Notes: generated by a model not told the origin, from the letters alone. A stretch of DNA of 32,000 bases from Methanosphaera stadtmanae DSM 3091 (GCF_000012545.1 NC_007681.1:990001-1022000), one strand, 5' to 3'. Counted from the stretch's first letter, positions 1 to 10,937 are shown. Program-made: numbers and translations.

Positions 1-497
1 TTTGTTACATTAAATGTGTCTTCAAATGCCATATCTAGTGCTTGTCCTTCACAAATATTTATACATGAATTTGTAAGTACTTGTAGTGCATCAACTACTC
101 TTTCATATGCAATATTATCTTCTGCTGATTGTGAGAGTAATTCAAATGATTTTGCAAATAATGAATCTCCTGCAAGTATTGCTAATGGTTCACCCCATAC
201 TTTATGTACTGCTGGTTTTCCCCTTCTAGTATCATCATTATCCATGATATCATCATGTATAAGACTAAATGTATGTGTTAATTCTATGGCTGCTGCTGCT
301 TTTAGAGCTTTTTCTGGTTTTCCACCTACAGCTTGACAACTGAGGAGTGTTAGTGCTGGTCTGAATTTTTTTCCTCCAGCTTTAATTAAATATTCAGAAG
401 ATTCATATAAGCTTTCAGGTTCTAATTTACTTAATGAATCATCAATTACTACATCTATTTCTTCTGCATATGCTTTTAATATTTCCATTACATCCAT
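1..497 (-). CDS. idsA: Polyprenyl (geranylgeranyl-type) diphosphate synthase, N-terminal part; CDS runs off the left window edge
   Basis: Absent from the ORF track because no stop lies inside the window. My reverse-complement translation from ATG at 497-495 reads MDVMEILKAYAEEIDVVIDDSLSKLEPESLYESSEYLIKAGGKKFRPALTLLSCQAVGGKPEKALKAAAAIELTHTFSLIHDDIMDNDDTRRGKPAVHKVWGEPLA... It carries the first aspartate-rich motif DDxxDxxDxRRG of trans-prenyltransferases. The + strand ORF 16-336 is its antisense shadow. Confidence 0.85.
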   Translation of the reverse strand, partial: MDVMEILKAYAEEIDVVIDDSLSKLEPESLYESSEYLIKAGGKKFRPALTLLSCQAVGGKPEKALKAAAAIELTHTFSLIHDDIMDNDDTRRGKPAVHKVWGEPLAILAGDSLFAKSFELLSQSAEDNIAYERVVDALQVLTNSCINICEGQALDMAFEDTFNVT

Positions 498-502
498 TAT
501 AA

Positions 503-1864
503 TCACCTATTAAATACTTGTGCTTGTCCATTTCTTAGTATATGAACATCGTTTCCTAATTTATATCCTTCTTCTTCTGCTAATTCTACAAATGCTGCAA
601 GGTGACTTAAATCACCGTGTGCAGGTATTAAATGTTGTGGTTGTAGCATTCTTATAAATTCTCTCATATCTTCAGGTCCTGCATGTCCTGATACATGTAC
701 ATTATTATATATTCTTGCTCCTCTTTCTTTAAGTCTTCTGTCAAGTAAATCCCTATTTGCAAGATTTATTGGATTTGGTATTGTTGAAGCTGAAAATACT
801 ACGTTATCTCCAGGTTTAATTTCAAAGTTTGTTTTGTTATTTGCTATTCTTGGTAACAATGCATCAGGTTCTCCTTGATGTCCTGTTACAAGTAACATAT
901 ACTTTGATCTGTGATCATTTGCTCTTGCTAATGCTTTATTTATGGATTTTGAATTTCCATATACACTTACATTACGTGGTAAGTTTAATATTCCCATTGA
1001 TTCTGCAAGGGAACAGTATCTTTCCATTGAACGACCTAGAATCATGATTTTTCTTCTACTTCTTTCTGCTATTTTTGTAATAGCTTGTATTCTTTCAATA
1101 TGACTTGAGAATGTTGTTACTATAAGACCTTTTCTCTCTTCAAGTGGACCTTTTAGTACATCTTTTAGAAGATCTCTTGTTATTTTTTCTGAGTGTGTTT
1201 TACTTTGTTGTTTTTCTTTAATATTTGTTGTATCCATTATTGCAACTTTCACACCTTTCTTACCTAATTCCCTGAATCTTCTATAATCTGGTGGTGGTGA
1301 TACCATCTGATGATTATCAAATTTAAAGTCGTTTGCATAGATTATTGCACCTTCTGGTGTGTGTAATGCTGCAGTTATTGTTTGAGGTATACTATGGGTT
1401 GTTCTTACAAATTCTAGTGTTAAATTTGGTGAAATTTGTATTTTTTCTCCAGGATTAACTGATTTTAAAGGATTATTTACCTTAAATTTACGTTCTCCTT
1501 TGATTGTTTTTTCAATTAATGCTAGTGTATATGGTGTTGCAATAATTGGTGCTTCATATCTATGTGCTAGTTTTGCTATTGCACCAATATGATCAAGGTG
1601 TCCATGAGTACATACTATTGCTCTTACCTTTCCATCTACTTCCCTCATTAATGTATCATCAGGAATTACTCCCCTTTCTATTAAATCCAAGCTGTGCATT
1701 CTTGATATGTCTGTATCTTCATGAATATGTAACCTATCTAAGTGTATACCCATATCAAATATTACTACATCATCATTAACTTTTATTGCTGTCATGTTTT
1801 TTCCAATTTCTTCGTATCCACCTACAGCGATAACTTCTATTGTCAAATTATATCCTCCTAGCAT
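503..1864 (-). CDS. rnj: Archaeal RNase J (beta-CASP metallo-beta-lactamase ribonuclease)
   Basis: 453-aa ORF with the MBL motif THGHLDHIG and beta-CASP-type C-terminal motifs ([16 protein letters not shown]). The true start is probably in-frame TTG at 1846, giving [16 protein letters not shown] lies 6 nt upstream of that TTG, and the TTG sits 1 nt after the fni stop. Confidence 0.85.
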   Translation of the reverse strand: MLGGYNLTIEVIAVGGYEEIGKNMTAIKVNDDVVIFDMGIHLDRLHIHEDTDISRMHSLDLIERGVIPDDTLMREVDGKVRAIVCTHGHLDHIGAIAKLAHRYEAPIIATPYTLALIEKTIKGERKFKVNNPLKSVNPGEKIQISPNLTLEFVRTTHSIPQTITAALHTPEGAIIYANDFKFDNHQMVSPPPDYRRFRELGKKGVKVAIMDTTNIKEKQQSKTHSEKITRDLLKDVLKGPLEERKGLIVTTFSSHIERIQAITKIAERSRRKIMILGRSMERYCSLAESMGILNLPRNVSVYGNSKSINKALARANDHRSKYMLLVTGHQGEPDALLPRIANNKTNFEIKPGDNVVFSASTIPNPINLANRDLLDRRLKERGARIYNNVHVSGHAGPEDMREFIRMLQPQHLIPAHGDLSHLAAFVELAEEEGYKLGNDVHILRNGQAQVFNR

Positions 1865-2900
1865 ATTTTTTTGTGTCTATATCTAATTCATTTAATATTT
1901 CTCTTGTTTTTCCAGTTATTATAAGCCTTTTTTGTTTTAATTCTTCAATATTTGAAGCACCTACAAGAAACATAGCTGTTTTTAGTTCATGTGTAAATTG
2001 ATTTATTTTTTCTTCAACATAGTTATGTCCAAGATAGGCATGTTTTAGAAATGGTAATGCCATACCTACACATTCACTTCCAAGTGCTATTGCTTTTGCT
2101 GCTTCTAGTCCATTACGAATTCCACCTGAAGAAATTACTGGTATTTTTGTTGATTCCAATACTTCCACTGTACTTACTGCTGTAGTTATTCCCCAGTCCC
2201 AGAATAGATTTCCTAAATCTGGATTTTCTGCCCTGTATGTTTCTACTGCAGCCCAGCTTGTACCACCAACACCTTGAATATCTATTGCATCAACTCCTAT
2301 TTTTTCAAGGATCTTTGCATCTTCCATTCCTATTCCTGCACCAGTTTCTTTTGCTATTATTGGAATGTTTGTATTTGAGCATATGGCTTTTATATCTTCA
2401 ACATATCCTTTTGCATCAACATCCCCTTCTGGTTGTATAATTTCCTGTAATGGATTTAGATGTATTGCTAAAGCATCAGTATTTAGCATTTCTATAGCTT
2501 TTGGAGCATATTCTACTTGTGGAGCTCCAATATTTCCAATAATTAAAGCATGAGGTGCATTATCACGAACTACTGTGAATGTATCAGTTAATTCTGGATT
2601 TGTTATTCCAGCTCTTTGACTTCCAACACCCATCCCTATATTGGTATTTTCTGTTGCTATTGCTAATTTTTCATTTATTTTTTTACTTGATGGATGTCCA
2701 CCAGTTATTGCAGAAATTATTAGTGGTGAAGATAATTTTTTACCAAAAAGTTCTATTGAAGTGTCAATTTCTTCATAATTTACCTCTGGTAGAGATGTAT
2801 GAACTAGTTGTATATCTTCAAAACCTGTTGTAATATGATGTTCAATGTCTTTGTTTTTACATATTTCAAGATGTTCTAATTTTCTATCAGATATCATCAT
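1848..2900 (-). CDS. fni: Type 2 isopentenyl-diphosphate delta-isomerase (FMN-dependent)
   Basis: 350-aa ORF. The N-terminus RKLEHLEIC and the TIM-barrel FMN-type glycine-rich stretches ([16 protein letters not shown]) are typical of IDI-2. Confidence 0.9.
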   Translation of the reverse strand: MMISDRKLEHLEICKNKDIEHHITTGFEDIQLVHTSLPEVNYEEIDTSIELFGKKLSSPLIISAITGGHPSSKKINEKLAIATENTNIGMGVGSQRAGITNPELTDTFTVVRDNAPHALIIGNIGAPQVEYAPKAIEMLNTDALAIHLNPLQEIIQPEGDVDAKGYVEDIKAICSNTNIPIIAKETGAGIGMEDAKILEKIGVDAIDIQGVGGTSWAAVETYRAENPDLGNLFWDWGITTAVSTVEVLESTKIPVISSGGIRNGLEAAKAIALGSECVGMALPFLKHAYLGHNYVEEKINQFTHELKTAMFLVGASNIEELKQKRLIITGKTREILNELDIDTKKYARRI

Positions 2901-2930
2901 ATTAACCTCCCTTAAATCAAGTTAATGATT

Positions 2931-3719
2931 TTATTTTATAATTGTACCTTTAACTTTTTGTCCTGATACTGCAAGTTTTATATTTCCAGGAGTTTCAGCA
3001 TTTATTATATGAGATTCTATACCATCCTCTGCTAAGTCTAGTAATTCTCGTATTTTACCTGCCATTCCCCCAGTTACATCGGCTTGATTTTCATTTTCTG
3101 TTAAAAGTAAATCTGTATCTTTTGTAACTATATCTATTAACTTTGCATCTGGATTTGTCTTTGGATTATCTGTATATATTCCATCCACATCTGATGATAG
3201 TATTACACGATTAGCTTTTAATTTCTTAGCTAGATATGTAATTATCTGATCTCCAGATAATATAGCGTATTTAAAATATTCATTTTGATCTAGTACTGCA
3301 TCACCATATAGTACTGGTACAAATCCATTGTCAATATATTTTTGAATGAGTTTTGTATCACATACACAGATTCGTTTTTGGTTTGTTTCTATAAATGATG
3401 AAGGTTTTATTCCTATTGCTGGAACTCCTTTTTCATGTAGTTTTTCACAAATTATGTAGTTTAATAGTTGTACTGATGCTTGTGTTCTACATACTCCTTC
3501 TAATTTATAGAGGTGATCGTTTACATTAGATATTACATCACCTATTCCAAATTTCTTTGCATATATATGTCCATATGATCCTGCTCCATGTACTATTACC
3601 ATGTCATCATTATATGCAGATACTTCTTGTGCTATACGATCTAAGTTAACTTCATCTATAGTAGGTTCTTGTGCATCTTTTTTTGTTATTGCACTTCCAC
3701 CTATTTTTAGTATTATCAT
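2931..3719 (-). CDS. ipk: Isopentenyl phosphate kinase (amino-acid-kinase fold)
   Basis: 262-aa ORF with IILKIGGSAITKK and VHGAGSYGH motifs of the AAK/IPK family. It sits between mvk and fni, as in the archaeal alternative mevalonate pathway. Confidence 0.85.
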   Translation of the reverse strand: MIILKIGGSAITKKDAQEPTIDEVNLDRIAQEVSAYNDDMVIVHGAGSYGHIYAKKFGIGDVISNVNDHLYKLEGVCRTQASVQLLNYIICEKLHEKGVPAIGIKPSSFIETNQKRICVCDTKLIQKYIDNGFVPVLYGDAVLDQNEYFKYAILSGDQIITYLAKKLKANRVILSSDVDGIYTDNPKTNPDAKLIDIVTKDTDLLLTENENQADVTGGMAGKIRELLDLAEDGIESHIINAETPGNIKLAVSGQKVKGTIIK

Positions 3720-3743
3720 ATAAATACCCTTTCTTTTTTTGTT

Positions 3744-4712
3744 TTAATTAATAATTTCAGCACTAACTCCAGTATCAGATTGTACACATTTAAATGTAGC
3801 ATAATCCTTACGTAATTGTTTATATATTTCATCGGAATTTTCTGGAGTGTATGCAATAATACATCCACCACCACCACTTCCTGTTAATTTAGAACCTTTT
3901 GCTCCATATTCACGTGCTTTATATACCATGTCTGATAATTCAGTAGTGTTAACACCAATAGCATCAAGTAATCCTTGATTAATATTCATTAAGTCTCCTA
4001 TTAATTCAGAATTACCTTTTTCAAGTGCTACTTTTGCATCAATTGCTATTTGTTCCATTGCTTTAAAAATATTTCCTACAATTGTTGGATATTTCTCATA
4101 TTTTAATCGTACTGATTCAACTAATTTTCCAGTATTACCACTGATTTCACAGTTAGAAACTATTAATGGTAGTTTCATATTAAAATCAATTCTATTTAAT
4201 TTAGAGTTTTCATCAATAAATATTATTCCACCATATGTACTCATAGATGTGTCAATTGGACTTGCAGCTCCCTGAATTTTAATTTCTATTTCACGAGCTG
4301 TTTGTGCTATTGTTTTTTTATCTATTTGTTTATTTACATATAAAGAAACTGCCTTTAATGTTGATACTGTTACTGCTGCTGATGATCCAAGTCCTGCTCC
4401 TAAATACATTTTAATATCTACTGTTAAGTCAAATCCTTTTTCAAATTCAAATAAGTTAATAACTTCATATATATAATCAGTAATCATCTTCTTTTGACTG
4501 TCTATTTTATAGTTAAGTTTTTTATTAACAAGTTGTGATTTTTTATAATAATCAATTAAGTCAAGTTTTACTGTTATGTTATCATCATTACGTGGAATTA
4601 ACTCTACATTAACTCCCCTATCTATTGCAACAGCTATTGCAGGCTTTTTATATACAACAGTATGTTCACCAAATAATATTATTTTTCCTGGTGCAAATGC
4701 CTTAATTTTCAT
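3744..4712 (-). CDS. mvk: Mevalonate kinase (GHMP kinase)
   Basis: 322-aa ORF with KIILFGEHTVVY and the GHMP motif GAGLGSSAA. GGAGG Shine-Dalgarno lies 8 nt upstream of the ATG. Confidence 0.9.
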   Translation of the reverse strand: MKIKAFAPGKIILFGEHTVVYKKPAIAVAIDRGVNVELIPRNDDNITVKLDLIDYYKKSQLVNKKLNYKIDSQKKMITDYIYEVINLFEFEKGFDLTVDIKMYLGAGLGSSAAVTVSTLKAVSLYVNKQIDKKTIAQTAREIEIKIQGAASPIDTSMSTYGGIIFIDENSKLNRIDFNMKLPLIVSNCEISGNTGKLVESVRLKYEKYPTIVGNIFKAMEQIAIDAKVALEKGNSELIGDLMNINQGLLDAIGVNTTELSDMVYKAREYGAKGSKLTGSGGGGCIIAYTPENSDEIYKQLRKDYATFKCVQSDTGVSAEIIN

Positions 4713-5173
4713 TATTATTCCTCCACAATATTAGTAGGTTTGTATAATTAGAATTTAGGTAGAAAATTATGAAAATAAATATTTAAATAATATTTTTTCA
4801 TTATAAATAGAAAAATAGTTGTGAATATAAACTATTAGAATTAGAATTTTCTATTATAAAAAAATTTTCATACACCATTTAAATTAAGTTCTAAATTAAT
4901 TAGAGCATTCCATATAATACTCTAAAATAAATCTAGAATTATTTAATCTAATTATAATTATTTATCAATTAAAAAAATAAAAGATAAATACCCCTTTTGA
5001 TTCTCAAGTATAAAAAACCATTTATACATATAACACTTTATTTAAATTTTAAAAAAGTTATGCTATTTCTTTAGCTTATGAGAATTTGTCATTTAATATA
5101 TATCTAAAAACTATATAATAAAGCTTACCATAATTTTATTAAAAAAAAAGTAATAACATTAAATAAGAAAAAA

Positions 5174-6043
5174 ATGGAAGTGAAAAATATTATGATAAGA
5201 AAACCTTCTGTAGCAGGATTATTTTATGAGTCAAACAAGTCTCTTCTTGAAGAAAATATTAAAAATATATTCAATAAAACAGGACAAAACATACCCACTA
5301 CACCTTCTAATACATATAAAACAAAAGCTGCCATAGTACCTCATGCTGGATATATCTATTCTGGTAAAACTGCCAGTTATGCATATGGTGATATTGCAAG
5401 AAGTGGTATTTGTGATACTGTTGTTATTATTGGACCAAATCATACAGGTTATGGTGATGATATATCACTTACAACAAGTAACACTTGGCAAACACCCATA
5501 GGGGATGTTTGTGTTGATAGTGAATTTAATAATGAATTAGAAAAAATAAATTCAAACATCACATTTAGTCCTGAAGCACATATAAAAGAACATTCCATTG
5601 AAGTTGAATTACCATTTCTACAGTACATCTCAAATATTCAAAAGAAGTCATTTAAAATAGTTCCAATTGTAATTACAAGACAACAAAAGAATTTCTGTGT
5701 AGAATTAGCACATAGTATTTATGATGTTTCAAAGAAATTAAATCGTAATATCATGGTTGTTGCAAGTACTGATTTGACTCATTATGAAAATGCTACTAGT
5801 GCTAAGAATAAGGATGAAAAAATATTAAAATCAATTGAAAATATGGATATTGATTCATTATTAAATAACATAAATAAATACAACATTACAATGTGTGGAT
5901 ATGGGCCAACAATAACTGCCATTATCTATTCAAAACTAGTAAATGCTAATAGGTCAATTATATTAAATTATAGTAATAGTGGTGAGGTTTATAATGATTA
6001 TGAATCTGTAGTAGGATATGCCTCAGCAGTAATAAAAAAATAG
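5174..6043 (+). CDS. MEMO1-family protein (AmmeMemoRadiSam system protein B-like)
   Basis: 289-aa ORF with AAIVPHAGYIYSG and other conserved His/Asp positions typical of the Memo/UPF0103 family. The likelier start is ATG 5192 (MIRKPSVAGLFY), which is preceded by GGAAGTGA. Confidence 0.8.
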   Translation: MEVKNIMIRKPSVAGLFYESNKSLLEENIKNIFNKTGQNIPTTPSNTYKTKAAIVPHAGYIYSGKTASYAYGDIARSGICDTVVIIGPNHTGYGDDISLTTSNTWQTPIGDVCVDSEFNNELEKINSNITFSPEAHIKEHSIEVELPFLQYISNIQKKSFKIVPIVITRQQKNFCVELAHSIYDVSKKLNRNIMVVASTDLTHYENATSAKNKDEKILKSIENMDIDSLLNNINKYNITMCGYGPTITAIIYSKLVNANRSIILNYSNSGEVYNDYESVVGYASAVIKK

Positions 6044-6084
6044 TTTCTAAAATATGTCTTTTGATAGTAAAAAAAAGAGTCTCT

Positions 6085-6115
6085 AAAAAAATAATAGAAG
6101 ATATGATTCTTCTAT
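6085..6115 (-). terminator. Hairpin plus oligo-T terminator downstream of rps2, between convergent genes
   Basis: Perfect 8-bp stem ATAGAAGA/TCTTCTAT (6094-6101 and 6108-6115) with a 6-nt loop. On the minus strand it is followed by T7 (A-run 6085-6091), with a further T8 at 6069-6076. Confidence 0.5.
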
Positions 6116-6127
6116 TACCCAACAAAT

Positions 6128-6724
6128 TTATATTTTTAATTCAAAGTCTGTTGGTTCTAAATCAAATTCTTCATCAGAAGATAATATTCCTCTTTCTCTT
6201 AATATTTGTCTAGCAAGTAACCAATATACAAGAGCAATAGCTTTTCTTCCTTTGTTATTTACTGGAATAACAACATCAACATTACATAATAAGTTTTCTG
6301 TATCACATAATGCAACTACAGGAATACCATTTTGTTTTGCTTCAATTACAGCTTGAGAATCTGATCTTGGGTCTGTTACAACTAATATTTTTGGTTCAAT
6401 AAATTTAGCATATTGTGGATTTGTTAAGGTACCTGGTATGAATCTACCTGGTATTGTTTTTGTACCTGTAACTTCACCAAATTTTTTAACAGGTGATTGA
6501 CCATATTGTCTTGTAGATACTACAAGAATATCATCAGGTTCATATTTAGATAATAATTTAGCAGCTACAATTATTTTATCATTACTACTTTTTACATCTA
6601 AAACATGAAGACCATCTGCTCTTACTCTGTAAATATATTTTTCCATATCTTTAGTTTTTTGTTGAGTACCTATATGTAAACCTGCTGCAAGGTACTTATC
6701 TAATGGTATTAATAATTCTGACAT
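6128..6724 (-). CDS. rps2: 30S ribosomal protein S2 (uS2)
   Basis: 198-aa ORF whose sequence ([11 protein letters not shown]...) is typical of archaeal uS2. Confidence 0.95.
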
Positions 6725-6784
6725 TTTATTTTCCTCATTTTATTATTATATTAATTTAAAATTTTCTTTCAAGTCTTATGATAA

Positions 6785-6970
6785 TTAATATTCAATACTT
6801 ATAGCATTATTTGGACATACATCAACACATACTTGACATCCACAACAATTGTCTAATTTTTTAATAATTAATACATCATCCACAGTGTCAAATACATTCA
6901 TGGGACATATATCTAAACAATCTAAACAATCAATTCCCCTACAATCTTCGTAGTTAATATTAATAATCAT
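6785..6970 (-). CDS. Small 2x[4Fe-4S]-type ferredoxin-domain protein
   Basis: 61-aa ORF with two Cys clusters: CRGIDCLDCLDICP (Cx4Cx2Cx3CP, slightly atypical) and CGCQVCVDVCP (canonical CxxCxxCxxxCP counted from the preceding Cys). Confidence 0.75.
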   Translation of the reverse strand: MIININYEDCRGIDCLDCLDICPMNVFDTVDDVLIIKKLDNCCGCQVCVDVCPNNAISIEY

Positions 6971-6982
6971 AGATAACTCCGA

Positions 6983-8227
6983 TTATAAATCAGCCATTGA
7001 AGGATTTAATAATTCTTCTTCAATTCTAACTAATTCATTAAGTTTAGCAATTCTTTCTCCACCAGCTGCTCCTGTTTTTATAATAGGTGCATTGAATGCT
7101 ACAGCTAAGTGTGCAATTGTTTCATCGGTTGTTTCTCCAGATCTATGTGATACAACTGGTACATATTTATTAGCTTTTGCTAATTTTATAGTATTATATG
7201 TATCTGTTAAAGTACCTATTTGATTTGGTTTTATAATTAAGGAATTACCTGCATGAGCTTCAATACCTTTAGCTAATATTTCAGCATTAGTTACAAATAG
7301 GTCATCTCCACAAATTAAACAATCTTTTCCAGATTTGCTAGTTAATTCAGCAAATGCTTCAAAATCATTTTCTTGAATTGGATCTTCTACATAGAAGAAT
7401 TTATATGTATCAATTAAGTCTGCGATGTAATCAATTTGTTCTTCAACAGTTCTTGAAGTACCTTCACGTTCATATACATATTTTTGTTCTTTTTCATTCC
7501 AGAATTCACTAGAAGCAACATCTAATCCAGGTTTTACAAGTACGCCTGTTTCATCACTAACTTCTTCACAGGAAGTAAATTGAATTTCAAGAGCTTCTTC
7601 ATTTGTAAGGTTAGGTGCCCATCCACCTTCATCTCCCTTACCACCAGTAAAGGTTTTATCTTTTTCCTGAATTTTAGCTTTGATTCTTCTGTGAACATTA
7701 ATATTTGTTGTTATTGCTTCTGTTATATTTGATGCACCAACAGGAATTACAAGGAATTCTTGAATATCTGGTGCATTAGTTCCTGCATGAGCTCCACCAT
7801 TAATCATGTTTCCAAGAGGGAATGGTATTTGTGTAGGCATTATTCCTCCTAAAAACTTGTATAAAGGAAGATTATAACTTGATGCTGCTGCTTTTGCAGT
7901 TGCCATAGATACTGCTACTGCTGTATTTCCACCAATTGTTGAGAAATTATCAGTTCCATCAATTTCTTTTAATACATTATCAATTTCCCTAATATCTTCT
8001 GCTTCCATTCCAATGATTTCAGATGAAATTAAATCTTCAACATCAGTTATTACTTGGTCTACTCCACCATCAGGAAATGATGTTACTTCGTTGATTCCTG
8101 TACTAGCTCCACTAGGTGCTGCTGCTCTTCCGAATCCATTCCATGTTAAAACATCTGCTTCAACAGTTGGATTTCCTCTACTATCTATAATTTTTCTTAA
8201 ACGTACGTCTTCGATTACACTATCCAT
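6983..8227 (-). CDS. eno: Enolase (phosphopyruvate hydratase)
   Basis: 414-aa ORF with [16 protein letters not shown] and SHRSGETTD motifs. GAGGTG Shine-Dalgarno lies 7 nt upstream. Confidence 0.95.
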   Translation of the reverse strand: MDSVIEDVRLRKIIDSRGNPTVEADVLTWNGFGRAAAPSGASTGINEVTSFPDGGVDQVITDVEDLISSEIIGMEAEDIREIDNVLKEIDGTDNFSTIGGNTAVAVSMATAKAAASSYNLPLYKFLGGIMPTQIPFPLGNMINGGAHAGTNAPDIQEFLVIPVGASNITEAITTNINVHRRIKAKIQEKDKTFTGGKGDEGGWAPNLTNEEALEIQFTSCEEVSDETGVLVKPGLDVASSEFWNEKEQKYVYEREGTSRTVEEQIDYIADLIDTYKFFYVEDPIQENDFEAFAELTSKSGKDCLICGDDLFVTNAEILAKGIEAHAGNSLIIKPNQIGTLTDTYNTIKLAKANKYVPVVSHRSGETTDETIAHLAVAFNAPIIKTGAAGGERIAKLNELVRIEEELLNPSMADL

Positions 8228-8353
8228 AAAAAAACACCTCTTTTTTAAATGTAGAAATAGTTGCTTGATTAAAGGGCTATGTTTTTATTTCTTATAAGTG
8301 TATAAATAAGAAAGTTTTCTATTACTTAGAGATTAAAAATAAATAAGAGAAAT

Positions 8354-8545
8354 TTAATCTACATATTCATCTTTAACTACTGCATCTAATGGAATTACAC
8401 CTTCTTCATATTCCTTTATAGCTATTTTAATTGGATCTTGGTCTGGTGTAAATTCTACCAAAGGATTTGCACCCATTGAAATTTGTAAAGCTCTTGAACC
8501 AATTAATCTAGCTCTTTCAAATCGTGTATTATTTCTAGATTGCAT
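8354..8545 (-). CDS. rpoK: DNA-directed RNA polymerase subunit K (Rpo6)
   Basis: 63-aa ORF with [19 protein letters not shown], characteristic of Rpo6/RpoK. Confidence 0.9.
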   Translation of the reverse strand: MQSRNNTRFERARLIGSRALQISMGANPLVEFTPDQDPIKIAIKEYEEGVIPLDAVVKDEYVD

Positions 8546-8701
8546 ATAATTAAATGCTCCTTTTATAGTATATTATTTTTATCCTATTCAACAACTTAAC
8601 TAAAAGTATCCTCACTACCCAAAGGTAAAAAGGAGAGGAGTCCCTATCTAATGGAGTTTAATACTCTATATTAGCTCCTTATTTAGTTTAATAAATATTC
8701 A

Positions 8702-8869
8702 TTACCATACATCAACGTGTGATATGAACATTCTTCTACAACAATATTTTGTAATTCCTAAATCATCAAGAACATCATTTGGATTTTCTCCAGCCTTAGT
8801 TCTTTTTTCGAATTCATCAAAACTTGCTGAAATAACTTTTCCACACGTAAAACATCTTACGAGTAACAT
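8702..8869 (-). CDS. rpoN: DNA-directed RNA polymerase subunit N (Rpo10)
   Basis: Below the ORF-track cutoff. My translation gives [55 protein letters not shown] (55 aa). It has the zinc-binding CxxC...CC pattern and the canonical position between rps9 and rpoK. Confidence 0.9.
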   Translation of the reverse strand: MLLVRCFTCGKVISASFDEFEKRTKAGENPNDVLDDLGITKYCCRRMFISHVDVW

Positions 8870-8875
8870 AAAAAT

Positions 8876-9277
8876 TTACCTGTAACTTTTTTGTTTTCTT
8901 GCTCTTGCACCTGGTCCACCGAATTTTTTAGATTCTGAACGACGTGGATCTCCTACTAACATTGTTCTGTCGTATTGTACATATCTATCTTTAAGATTCA
9001 TATCACCAGTGTATTCTACTAAACCTTTAGCAATAACCATACGTGCTGCTTCAGCTTGACCCATAATTCCTCCACCAACAACTCTTACATTGATATCTAC
9101 AGAATTTACTATATCTCCTGCTAATTCTAATGGTTCAAATATTTTTAATCTTGCTAATTCAGGTTCGTATAATTCAACTGGTTTACGATTTACTTTAACT
9201 CTTCCAGTACCTTCTTTAACTGTACCTCTAGCAATTGCAGTTTTTCTTTTCCCACTAGTGTGTACTACTTTACTCAT
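8876..9277 (-). CDS. rps9: 30S ribosomal protein S9 (uS9)
   Basis: 133-aa ORF with a GGGxxGQAEA motif and a C-terminal ...KKSYR. Confidence 0.95.
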   Translation of the reverse strand: MSKVVHTSGKRKTAIARGTVKEGTGRVKVNRKPVELYEPELARLKIFEPLELAGDIVNSVDINVRVVGGGIMGQAEAARMVIAKGLVEYTGDMNLKDRYVQYDRTMLVGDPRRSESKKFGGPGARARKQKSYR

Positions 9278-9300
9278 ATTTTACACTACCTTGAATTTAT

Positions 9301-9738
9301 TTAAAATTTAGCACCTAATAATTTTGATACTGTACCTAATTCCATACTTTTTGTTATGTTTTTAGGTTGTGCTTGTTCTACTTCAACTACTTCTTGTCCT
9401 TCTAATTCTTTAGGAATACCTACATTAACTTTTAAGTTTTTGTAAGCAGCTCTTCCATGAGCTTTTCTGTATGGAATCATTCCTCTTACTGTTCTTCTGA
9501 ATATATCATCTGGTCTACGTGGATATTTTGGACCTAAATCTCTTGGGTTTGAGATACTTGCCCTATCTACTCGTTGTTTGTACTTTGCATAGATAAAGTC
9601 TTTATTACCAGATATAATAATTTTTTCAGCGTTAATGATAGTAATTTCTTCTCCATCTAAGAGTCTTTTACTAACTGTACTTGCAAGTCTTCCTAGTACA
9701 AGTCCTTCTCCATCGATAATTGTTACCATTCTATTCAC
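9301..9738 (-). CDS. rpl13: 50S ribosomal protein L13 (uL13)
   Basis: 145-aa ORF with [14 protein letters not shown]. The start may be the M at codon 4. Confidence 0.95.
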   Translation of the reverse strand: MNRMVTIIDGEGLVLGRLASTVSKRLLDGEEITIINAEKIIISGNKDFIYAKYKQRVDRASISNPRDLGPKYPRRPDDIFRRTVRGMIPYRKAHGRAAYKNLKVNVGIPKELEGQEVVEVEQAQPKNITKSMELGTVSKLLGAKF

Positions 9739-10098
9739 CTACTTTATTATTTTAACATTGGATCCTTTTGGATTTTCAGCCATTAGATCTTTGATTGTTA
9801 GGCATTTTCCACCTGCAGCTTCTATTTTATTTTCTGCTTCTTTTGAAAATTTAAATGCAGCTACAGTTACGTTATGTGTTATGTTTCCTTCACCTAAAAC
9901 TTTTCCAGGTACAAGTATAGTTTCATCATCAGCAGTACATTCATCTATATGGTAAACATTTACTTCTTTGTTTTTTCTATTAGCTCTTTTAAGATCGTTA
10001 GCAACAGCTTTCCATATAGGAGCATTTTCTGCAGATGCTTGTTTAGTGAGGGATTTTATTAAGTTTATTGTGTTTGGGTTAGTTTTTGATAATTTCAT
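9739..10098 (-). CDS. rpl18e: 50S ribosomal protein L18e (eL18)
   Basis: 119-aa ORF that abuts rpl13 and matches the archaeal L18e sequence pattern and position. Confidence 0.9.
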   Translation of the reverse strand: MKLSKTNPNTINLIKSLTKQASAENAPIWKAVANDLKRANRKNKEVNVYHIDECTADDETILVPGKVLGEGNITHNVTVAAFKFSKEAENKIEAAGGKCLTIKDLMAENPKGSNVKIIK

Positions 10099-10103
10099 TT
10101 TTC

Positions 10104-10916
10104 CTATTCCTCCTCATTCACAAAATTTATGATATTATCTGCTTTTTCTGATAGTATATCACAAGCTATTGTTAGAACATCAAATGGTTTTAGTGATCCA
10201 TCTGTTTCAATTTTAAAGATGTATTTTGATTCTTCAAAATCTACTACTATTGCATTATCATCCTTTTCTGATAATCTTTGACAGGTTCTACATGTAGAAC
10301 AATTTTCAATATTCCCTACTACTAATGTATCATCTTCTATTTGTAATACATTTCTTGGACATTCTTCAACATATTCTTCTAAGTCATTGACTTTTTCAGT
10401 GTCAATTTCTATTTTTGGATAGTATTTATATCCACATGTTGTTGTTGCCTGCCATTTTGCATGCTCAGATCCTAATCCAAGTTCTGCTATAGCTTCTAAT
10501 TCTACTTCTTCGCCTTCACGAAGTCTTACTATTGGTATTGTATCATAAACTGGTTTTACAGCTGGGTCGTCTGATTTAAGATCTTTTGAATATACTATTT
10601 TAGAATCATTACCTTCTTCACATTTTTCTTTTAAAAGAAATGAAACTCTACAATGTTGACAACCAGACTCACAATCACATTCTGATGGCATTACATATGA
10701 ATCCAAATCAGTTACTATTGGAATTAATCCTAATCTATGAGCTAACACTTCATCAAACATTTTTGCATCGTTTTTATAAATGTTTACATCTTCAATTGCC
10801 AATGTAGGAATTTCTACAAGACATATTCGTCTAATTGTGTTTATGAATGTATCATCTACACCTTCAACTACGAATACAGCTCTTTCATCATCCTTTTCTC
10901 TAATTTCTATATTCAT
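10104..10916 (-). CDS. rpoD: DNA-directed RNA polymerase subunit D (Rpo3)
   Basis: 270-aa ORF with FINTIRRICLVEIPTLAI and LAHRLGLIP motifs. It also has Cys-rich insertions of the archaeal subunit-D Fe-S domain. Confidence 0.9.
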   Translation of the reverse strand: MNIEIREKDDERAVFVVEGVDDTFINTIRRICLVEIPTLAIEDVNIYKNDAKMFDEVLAHRLGLIPIVTDLDSYVMPSECDCESGCQHCRVSFLLKEKCEEGNDSKIVYSKDLKSDDPAVKPVYDTIPIVRLREGEEVELEAIAELGLGSEHAKWQATTTCGYKYYPKIEIDTEKVNDLEEYVEECPRNVLQIEDDTLVVGNIENCSTCRTCQRLSEKDDNAIVVDFEESKYIFKIETDGSLKPFDVLTIACDILSEKADNIINFVNEEE

Positions 10917-10937
10917 ATTATGACCCTTTTAAAATAC

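Noticed and set aside
16-336. 106-aa + strand ORF at the left edge
   Set aside because: It is antisense to the idsA coding frame, which carries the prenyltransferase DDxxD motif, so it is a shadow ORF.
829-2833. Several 62-84 aa + strand ORFs (829-1047, 1546-1779, 2237-2440, 2365-2553, 2579-2833)
   Set aside because: All are antisense to RNase J or fni. They are Leu/Phe/His-rich shadow frames typical of AT-rich coding DNA.
4834-4847. 14-mer TATTAGAATTAGAA shared with 20123-20136
   Set aside because: It is a low-complexity TTAGAA tandem. By a rough estimate, tens of chance 14-mer matches are expected within 32 kb at this base composition.
4713-5173. 460-bp mvk / Memo-like divergent intergenic region as a possible hidden feature
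   Set aside because: It contains only A/T-rich promoter-like sequence with short TAGAAT-type low-complexity repeats. I saw no ORF, hairpin or GC-rich island.
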